Source of the DNA: Cellulophaga phage phi38:1
Sequence record: NC_021796.1
DNA: 32,000 nt
Strand: one strand, 5' to 3'
The notes under the pieces were generated by a model, which was given only the letters and a program-made list of their open reading frames with translations, had not been told where the DNA came from and searched no databases. The position numbers and the translations under genes are program-made. Positions 25,225-32,000 of this stretch are shown here, one piece after another (within the stretch, counting starts at the first letter, position 1; every line of letters starts with the position of its first letter).

Positions 25225-26873
25225 TGGCAGGTAAAGGAACATATGCAGCTTACAAAGAGCTTACTCCTATAAAGGAAGACTTTGGAGAGTTAGCAAAAGC
25301 AGGTAACGCAAATAAAGCAGCTCAGATTACAGCAGATGCAGAGGCTAAAGCAGCTAGGCAGAAGAGAAAGGCAGAGCTAACGGACTCATTTAAAACCGAC
25401 TACGCTACATTAACCGACGTAATAACTAATACTAAATCTATTGACCAAGCTTTTGCCAGAGGTATTAACTCGGCAAGAGATGAGATGGGGAGTTTATACA
25501 AAGAGATGCAATCTAACCCCACTATGGCAAACAACGTAGATGTTCAACTGAAAGTTCAGAACTTGAAAAGGTTTTCTAAGAACTTAGCAGAGGCTTCTAA
25601 GATGTACACCGAGTATGGTGCCTCAGTCGCAGCAGGTGTTCAAGACGGTACTCTATCATCTTGGATGGAAGGAACTCTTAACCAATTAGATAGCGTATTC
25701 AGACAAACTAATTTAGATATAAAAGTAGATTCTAGAGGTAATGCAATAGCACTTACTTACAAAGTAGATTCTGAGGGTGAGCCAGTACTTGATGAAGACG
25801 GCGAAAAGATAGTAGAGGAGATAAACTTATCTGAGATTTTAGATGGTAGAGGTTTAGAAGAGCAAATCTCTGAATACAAAATTTCTGAGGAGGCCCAAAA
25901 GATCGGTAAGGATTTAGGTAAAAGAGAAGAGAAAAAGCCAGATGGTAGTTTCTCACACTATTCTAAACAAGCTTGGGAGGATATAGAAGGAGATGCCAGA
26001 GGGCTTGTTAGAGGTTACATAGGAACAGCTAAAAATCCTACGCCTATAGCTAAGTCAATTTGGTCAGATACTTTAGGTAAGGACAAGACTGAGTTAACAG
26101 AGGCAGACATGCAAGAGATAGAAGACACTTATCTTAACACTATTAAAACTTTCTACGACGTTAAGGACGAAAGAGAGGTAAACGTTTCTGCTAGAACTAG
26201 CGCAGCAAACAGTATTAGAACTGCCGATACAGCGGATAAAGACAGAGCCGCAAAAGGTAGCACAGGAGGATCCGGTGGTGTTGAAGTTAGGACTACAGAA
26301 GATGGAGAAATAATTAAAGACGGTATAACAGGAGTTAGCGGAGATTTAGGAGGAGCTTCTACATCATTTACTATGCCTAAACTAGACGAGACAGGTAAGA
26401 AGACCTCAGTTGTATTAGGTACTAAAGGAGACGAGACAGACGTAAAAGTACTACACCTTACAGACGCAGGTAAGATTGTTTATGAAGGAGCTAAGTACGT
26501 TGGTAAGACATCTGGTAAGAGTATAAGCGCCTTTGACGTAAGAGAAGGTAAGTTATCCGAAGAGGTTGTAACTAAAGAAGTAGGTGGGGGTGTAAATCCT
26601 AAAGATGCCAACGATATAGCTAGACAAATTTACTCAGAGGAGAAAGGTAGAAAGCTTAAGAATGCAGGTGAGCTTAAAGAGTACTTAGAGAACAAGGAGA
26701 AAGCTTATAAAGAAGGTAGAAATACTTCAAAAGGAAAAGATGAAAGTAAGGCAGCCAAGCCTGCTAGAAGTACCATCTCAATGTCAGAAATTGAGGATAG
26801 AGTTAAAGGCTCAGGTTATACAGTAAAAGAGTATATAAAATTACTCAAAGAAAAAGGAGTAGACGTAAAATAA
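25224..26873 (+). CDS. putative internal virion/ejection protein (549 aa)
   Basis: Helical charged ORF overlapping its upstream neighbour by 1 nt (taATG), second of three large virion-module genes. Confidence 0.58.
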   Translation: MAGKGTYAAYKELTPIKEDFGELAKAGNANKAAQITADAEAKAARQKRKAELTDSFKTDYATLTDVITNTKSIDQAFARGINSARDEMGSLYKEMQSNPTMANNVDVQLKVQNLKRFSKNLAEASKMYTEYGASVAAGVQDGTLSSWMEGTLNQLDSVFRQTNLDIKVDSRGNAIALTYKVDSEGEPVLDEDGEKIVEEINLSEILDGRGLEEQISEYKISEEAQKIGKDLGKREEKKPDGSFSHYSKQAWEDIEGDARGLVRGYIGTAKNPTPIAKSIWSDTLGKDKTELTEADMQEIEDTYLNTIKTFYDVKDEREVNVSARTSAANSIRTADTADKDRAAKGSTGGSGGVEVRTTEDGEIIKDGITGVSGDLGGASTSFTMPKLDETGKKTSVVLGTKGDETDVKVLHLTDAGKIVYEGAKYVGKTSGKSISAFDVREGKLSEEVVTKEVGGGVNPKDANDIARQIYSEEKGRKLKNAGELKEYLENKEKAYKEGRNTSKGKDESKAAKPARSTISMSEIEDRVKGSGYTVKEYIKLLKEKGVDVK

Positions 26874-26887
26874 TTTAATATATAGTA

Positions 26888-29800
26888 ATGGAAGAGGAAT
26901 TAGACGAGTTCGGAATACCAGTTAAAAAAGCACAAACATCTAGTGGGCCAACAGACCCAGAGTTAGATGAGTTTGGAATACCATTAAAAAAAAAAGAAAA
27001 AGGAGAGCCTTCGGGATCGAGTTCTATCTATGGTCAGGCTCTTTTAAGTTCGGATGGTTCAGGCTATGATGGTACAGAGGTTCCTCAAACCGAGGCTCCT
27101 GACGATATAGTAGATGAGCCAATCGCTCAATTATATAGCGCCTATAAAGAGGCCGGTAAGATAAAATCCTCTGAACTTAAGCAGATAGAGCAGGTTATAC
27201 AAGACCAGAAAGATGGTAAGAGAAGTAATTGGGAAGTTGCTACTGCTTATGCAGAGGGATTTTTATTTAAGGCCGACATGGCGCCCGTGTTTAAATTTGA
27301 TACTAAAGATGACCTTATTAAGGCCAAGAAGGAGAAGAATAAAATCAACTTCTTACAGGACTTAACTGAGGATCAACTAGCGGACTTGCGTTCTTACTCA
27401 GGAGAAAAAATATCTGAGTTAGAAAACAGCAACCTAAACATTTTATTTGAAAATAAGATGATGGAGGAAAGAAGTAAGGAGTTAGTAAATAAAATCAAGT
27501 ACCTTAAATCCGGTGTTGAAAAAATTGAGGAAGTTGACCCAAGCCAACAACAAGTTTTGATAGACCAATATAAGGAGGCATACTCTGAATTAGAGGGCAT
27601 CAAGCTAAGCTACAATAAGAACGTAGACCTTATCGAAGAGGGTACGGAAGATATTGGAGATTTCTATGAAGAGATAAACCTATTGAAAAGAAACTACGGT
27701 GGATTAGATTACTACAAAGATATTACTAGATTACAATTCGCAGCACTTGGAGAAGGAGCAGCCACTTTCGCATTGGCTACAGACGAGATATTAGATAAGA
27801 GTATCGGATTCAGGCCAGTTACTTCGGGGTCTTCAAACCCACAAGAGTATAGGGATGAGGCTAAAGAAACTCTTACTAAATTCAGACAAGAGGTGGGTAA
27901 CCAAAGAGAGGGTCTTAGACCTCAATTATCTGTATCTGAAATAAATGACTTAAATACATTCTCCTCTTGGCTAGGTGAACAAGTTGCTAGTCAATTACCA
28001 GTACTTGCTACACTTGCCATTAGTGGAGGTTCTGCAGGACTTGGAGTTCTAGGAGCTGCATCTGGTGGTCAAAAGATTGGTGAATTAGAGGATGAAAGAA
28101 CAGCGGCCAAAGAGGAAATTTCTTCTCTAGCGGACTTAGTGGAAACAGGTACTTTAAGTGACGAGGAGTTCAAAGACATCTCTGATAAAATTGCCAAGTT
28201 GGATAGGTCTAGTAAAGTATCAGACCAAGAGATGTATTTCGCAGGGGTAGGTTTTGGAGCATTTGAAATACTTACTGAAAGAGTTTCTTTAGGTATTTTA
28301 TCTAAGGGTAAGAGAGCTTACACAGCAGCTAGAAGGTCTGGTAAAATTGCTAACTTAGGTTCGTCTTTATTGAGGGGAACGGCAGCAGCAGGTAAGGAAG
28401 GTTCGGCAGAGTTCGTAAATGCGTTCGCAGGTAACACTCTAGATATCATGTACTTAGACGATCCAGATACTCACGTATTCGACAATACTATTGACGCACT
28501 TGCGTCTGGCGCAGCTATGGGCTTCGGAATGAGTGTCTCACCTACAGCAGTAGGGTTCGGGGCTAAAGCATTCATGCCTAAAGCTAAAAGAAAAGGTATT
28601 ATAGCTAATACAGAGAAACTATCTAACATATTAGGTGAGATTGAAAACAAGAAAGATGAGATTGCAGAGTTAGAAACCTCAGAGAACACTTCGGAAGTTG
28701 AAGGACAAAAAGAAGTATTAAAAACTTTAGAGACTAAAGCTAAGCAAGTAAACAAAGAAATAAGTAAAGACATAAAAGATACTTTCGATGATATTGAAGG
28801 TAGAAGTAAAACAGATATAGCGGAGTTAATCGAGCTTGATAAAAAATCAAACGGGATTACGGCTAGAGTTAAGGCTATAGAAAACTCTAACATCTTACCG
28901 GAGCTTAGACAAGAATTACTTACGGACTTAAAAGCCGAAGTAGAAGTTTTAGCAGCTAAGAAGCAAGAGATTTTAGACAAGCCAAAACCTAAGAAGGAAA
29001 AAGTTGTAGAAAAAGTTGTAGAGGAAGTTGTAGGGGAAGTGGTTGAAGAATCTAAAGAGAATACAACAGAGTTAGAAGATGTAGAGGTTAAGCCACTTAC
29101 AGAACAGGCCACTAAGAAATTAGAAGCTGTAAAAGCAAAGTTGGTGAGATTATCTAATACTAAAAGAGGCCTTACTAAGAATCAAGCCTTGGCGCTAAAA
29201 CTTATCGACTCAAAACTTGCAGGTACTAATCCAATAGAAAGTTTATCAGAAGTAGACCTTTCTAACACATTAGGCCTAGCTAAGGCAGAGGCTTATTTGA
29301 CAAAACTTAGTAAAGAGTTGAAGAATTTTGGAGGGGCTACAGCAGGTATGAACTTACCAGTAGTTATTGCCAAGAGTGCGGTCGACGCTATGAGAGTTGG
29401 GGTTGCTGCGGCTAAAACTACAGCGGACTTACTTTCTATAGGTTTAAACCACGTAAAAGAATCTGATTGGTTTAAAGGCCTGAACGACGTTGACCAACAA
29501 GCAGTTATCGACAACTTTGAATCTGAGATGGGTGACCTTGACATACTTACTAGGAAGGATAGAAAGTCTATCACTAGAAAGCTTTTCTCTGGGGTGCCAT
29601 TGGTATCTTTCATAGATGAAGCAGTTTTCAGTAAGATGGCAGATGTAGCAGATAGGTATGTGGCTCAAAAGATAGATGAAGGGGCTAAGAGTAGAAACGA
29701 CCTTATTAGAAGTGCGGCTAAGTTCGCTATAGGTTGGGCAAATGGTTTACCACGTACCAACGTAGAGTTGACACAAAGACGTATGGTTGCAGGTCGTCAA

Positions 29801-31963
29801 AAACTTGCTTATGCTAAGGCGGCTAAAATGGCCGAGGATCTTAAGGTACTTATTAACAACGACCCTGAATCGGCTAGAAGAGTTCACTCTGTTTTAGATC
29901 CGGAATTATACAGCGTACAAGATGGAGTTTTACTTGAAGAATTAACAGACAACGAGAGAGCTTTATACGATATACTTAGAGACATAAATAACCAGACTCA
30001 CGAAACTAACTTTGCATTAGGATTAATCTCTAAGGAGACTTATGATAAATTTAAGGGTAACTATATCGGTAGAGGTTATGAAGGTCACGAGACTGTGGGA
30101 GAACCTATAGAATCTACTATTAAGAATCAAATCTTAGACGATATATACAAGGAAAGAAAAGACATTACTGAATGGATGATTGACAACGCTATACAAGATC
30201 CTATTTATTTAACTATGAATAGAATGGTACAGACGGAAAGAAACGCAGCGGTATTGGCATACTCTTCTTTAATATCTAAAAAGAAAGGTAGTGTTTTAGA
30301 CAAAGCAGAACACGACAAGCTTAAAGATAAGAATGGCAAAGTTAAAGGGTACACGCTTCTTACTGGGAAGGCCTATGGTAAATTAGATGGCAAGTATGTA
30401 GTTGATTACGTTGCGGAAGATTTCAAAGGGTATTTCTTTAATAACAAGTATGCCGACCTTGCTTACAAATTAGCTAAGTACTACGATAGGAATGCAGTTA
30501 GACAGTTCTTGAAAAAATATCATACTGTTTACTCTCCTGTAGTTCAATTAGGTAACTTGGTATCTAACACAGCTTTTGCATTTGTTACAGGTATAAACAT
30601 TGGTCAAATGGCCTACGAGGCTGCCGGAGCTAGAAAAGATTTAAAATCTAAATCTGGTGACTACTTGACTTTATTAGAGTTCGGTATAATTGACTCAGAT
30701 ATTCTTTCAGGGGATTTAATTAATTCTAGAGCAGAGGCAGAGAATTTAGGTGTAGATAACAAAGCTACTACCGCAGCTAAAAAGGCGTGGGAGAAAGTTC
30801 TTAAGGTAGACGAGTTCGCTCAAAAGATGTACTCATCTTCGGATGATGTTATGAAATTGGCGGCGTTCAAAGCACTTAAGAGAGTTGGATACACAGAGGC
30901 CGAGGCTGTACAAAAAGTATTCGAAGGATTCCAAAACTATGCGACTGTAGGTAAGACTTGGGATTTAGCAGCAAAGACACCATTGGTGGGTAATGCCTAC
31001 ATAAAGTTCCAAGCGGATTTACAAAGGATTATGAAGAATGCAGTTACTAAGAGACCTCTTACAACCGCTTCATTCATGTTCATGTTAAAAGGTGTTGCAT
31101 TATTTACATCTACCATGCTTGCAGGTGAAGAAGAGGAAGAGAGATTGATAAGAGAGGCTAGACCTTTCATACCTAAAATAAACTTAGGTTTTGCTGACAT
31201 CCCCCTTACATTCAAAGTAAGTGAAGACAAGGAAGTAAACGTAGCGAGATTTATTTCTCCATTCTACGAATACGACATCCCTACAGGCTCTATGTTAGAG
31301 AAAGCAGGTAAGTTCATGCCATTCCAGTACAAAAATACAGGTATGGAAGAGAAGGGGCAAGAGTCTGGTAGTTTAGACACTCCGGATTTATTATTAGGCC
31401 CTTGGTACGCAGCCTTTTTCAGTAATAAAGATTTCCGAGGGAAGGCCATTACAGATCCTTACGCCACTAGGTACAAGGAGTCTGGGTTAGATGACGGAGA
31501 GAAGTTGGTTAACCGATTAGAGTATATCTCTAGGTCTCAGTTCCCATTGTTCTCACCTATACAAGATGCGTATTTGGCCAATGAGTACGGCGAAGATTAT
31601 TTCGGAAGGGATAAGACGTTATTCGATATTATAGTTTCTAGAGTAGTTAAAGTACAAACCTACGATAACGAAAGTCTTAAGAAGACTATTGAAGGTGGTT
31701 ACAAGACAATAAACTACAAACAAAAGGAAATTAATGATAAGATGTCTAGTATCCAAAAGAAGAATAGTTTTGATATTTCTGAGATACTAAGGAGAGCCGA
31801 CGAAGGTAAAATCTCTGACGAGAAGGCCAAGAGATTAGTTGACTCTAAACTAAAGGAAGGAAGGAAAGCTTACAACAAACAAGTGAAGCTTCTAGTAGAG
31901 CAACAAGAAGAGTTGAACCTACTAATGGAAAGAACTAGAAAAGTATATAGTTCTGTAAAATAG
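26888..31963 (+). CDS. giant internal virion/polyvalent protein (1691 aa)
   Basis: N-terminal ELDEFGIP repeats, coiled coils, hydrophobic segment LPVLATLAISGGSAGLGVLGAASGG, and a C-terminal region (GNLVSNTAFAFVTGINIGQMAYEAAG..., VDEFAQKMYSSSDDVMKLAAFKALKRVGYTEAEAVQKV) reminiscent of large polyvalent protein/ejection proteins. Confidence 0.7.
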   Translation: MEEELDEFGIPVKKAQTSSGPTDPELDEFGIPLKKKEKGEPSGSSSIYGQALLSSDGSGYDGTEVPQTEAPDDIVDEPIAQLYSAYKEAGKIKSSELKQIEQVIQDQKDGKRSNWEVATAYAEGFLFKADMAPVFKFDTKDDLIKAKKEKNKINFLQDLTEDQLADLRSYSGEKISELENSNLNILFENKMMEERSKELVNKIKYLKSGVEKIEEVDPSQQQVLIDQYKEAYSELEGIKLSYNKNVDLIEEGTEDIGDFYEEINLLKRNYGGLDYYKDITRLQFAALGEGAATFALATDEILDKSIGFRPVTSGSSNPQEYRDEAKETLTKFRQEVGNQREGLRPQLSVSEINDLNTFSSWLGEQVASQLPVLATLAISGGSAGLGVLGAASGGQKIGELEDERTAAKEEISSLADLVETGTLSDEEFKDISDKIAKLDRSSKVSDQEMYFAGVGFGAFEILTERVSLGILSKGKRAYTAARRSGKIANLGSSLLRGTAAAGKEGSAEFVNAFAGNTLDIMYLDDPDTHVFDNTIDALASGAAMGFGMSVSPTAVGFGAKAFMPKAKRKGIIANTEKLSNILGEIENKKDEIAELETSENTSEVEGQKEVLKTLETKAKQVNKEISKDIKDTFDDIEGRSKTDIAELIELDKKSNGITARVKAIENSNILPELRQELLTDLKAEVEVLAAKKQEILDKPKPKKEKVVEKVVEEVVGEVVEESKENTTELEDVEVKPLTEQATKKLEAVKAKLVRLSNTKRGLTKNQALALKLIDSKLAGTNPIESLSEVDLSNTLGLAKAEAYLTKLSKELKNFGGATAGMNLPVVIAKSAVDAMRVGVAAAKTTADLLSIGLNHVKESDWFKGLNDVDQQAVIDNFESEMGDLDILTRKDRKSITRKLFSGVPLVSFIDEAVFSKMADVADRYVAQKIDEGAKSRNDLIRSAAKFAIGWANGLPRTNVELTQRRMVAGRQKLAYAKAAKMAEDLKVLINNDPESARRVHSVLDPELYSVQDGVLLEELTDNERALYDILRDINNQTHETNFALGLISKETYDKFKGNYIGRGYEGHETVGEPIESTIKNQILDDIYKERKDITEWMIDNAIQDPIYLTMNRMVQTERNAAVLAYSSLISKKKGSVLDKAEHDKLKDKNGKVKGYTLLTGKAYGKLDGKYVVDYVAEDFKGYFFNNKYADLAYKLAKYYDRNAVRQFLKKYHTVYSPVVQLGNLVSNTAFAFVTGINIGQMAYEAAGARKDLKSKSGDYLTLLEFGIIDSDILSGDLINSRAEAENLGVDNKATTAAKKAWEKVLKVDEFAQKMYSSSDDVMKLAAFKALKRVGYTEAEAVQKVFEGFQNYATVGKTWDLAAKTPLVGNAYIKFQADLQRIMKNAVTKRPLTTASFMFMLKGVALFTSTMLAGEEEEERLIREARPFIPKINLGFADIPLTFKVSEDKEVNVARFISPFYEYDIPTGSMLEKAGKFMPFQYKNTGMEEKGQESGSLDTPDLLLGPWYAAFFSNKDFRGKAITDPYATRYKESGLDDGEKLVNRLEYISRSQFPLFSPIQDAYLANEYGEDYFGRDKTLFDIIVSRVVKVQTYDNESLKKTIEGGYKTINYKQKEINDKMSSIQKKNSFDISEILRRADEGKISDEKAKRLVDSKLKEGRKAYNKQVKLLVEQQEELNLLMERTRKVYSSVK

Positions 31964-31966
31964 AAA

Positions 31967-32000
31967 AATCCCCCTCAAGATTAATTTCCTGAGGGGGATT
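31967..32000 (+). terminator. Intrinsic terminator
   Basis: Perfect 11-bp inverted repeat aatccccctca / tgagggggatt, 12-nt loop, just after the stop at 31963; reaches the window edge so the T-run cannot be seen. Confidence 0.82.

Noticed and set aside
28471-29112. Minus-strand 213-aa ORF opposite the giant virion protein
   Set aside because: Low-complexity Ser/Thr/Phe translation is the expected antisense of Glu/Lys/Val-rich coding; no sign of function.
1-32000. Alternative genetic code (stop reassignment seen in some crAss-like phages)
   Set aside because: All large genes are open under the standard bacterial code and terminate at sensible positions using TAA, TAG or TGA (e.g. TGA at 9895-9897 overlapping the next ATG).
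1-32000. tRNA genes, integrase, transposase, or toxin-antitoxin/defence island
   Set aside because: Intergenic gaps are too short for tRNAs apart from a few AT-rich regulatory gaps, and no ORF shows the relevant motifs.

Overview
This 32 kb window is a plus-strand virion, packaging and lysis module of a tailed phage that looks podovirus-like and probably infects a Bacteroidota/Flavobacteria host. The gene order and several protein families resemble crAss-like phages, but that placement is an inference from memory, not from a search. In order: small accessory genes (winged-helix-like, RyR domain, small basic protein, cupin-like); a lysis cassette (membrane protein, Amidase_3, membrane protein); two tail fibre genes sharing an N-terminal sequence, the first ending in an S74 intramolecular chaperone; an apparent tandem GroES-like protein; large terminase; portal; scaffold-like protein; major capsid protein; connector/ring-like proteins; a 1324-aa tail stabilization-like protein; a GNAT-like protein; and three putative internal/ejection virion proteins. 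Genes are densely packed, with no good minus-strand genes and no visible tRNA, CRISPR, integrase or transposase. I did not find a clear new defence or mobile system. The observations most worth following up are: (1) a putative two-domain GroES-like co-chaperonin just upstream of terminase/portal/capsid; (2) repeated junctions where an intrinsic terminator runs directly into a Bacteroidota -7-like element, including one where the terminator loop supplies the -33 TTTG; (3) a lambda-style shifted-lysine Walker A in an unusually long terminase; (4) repeated peptide modules in the fibres, scaffold and giant virion protein.
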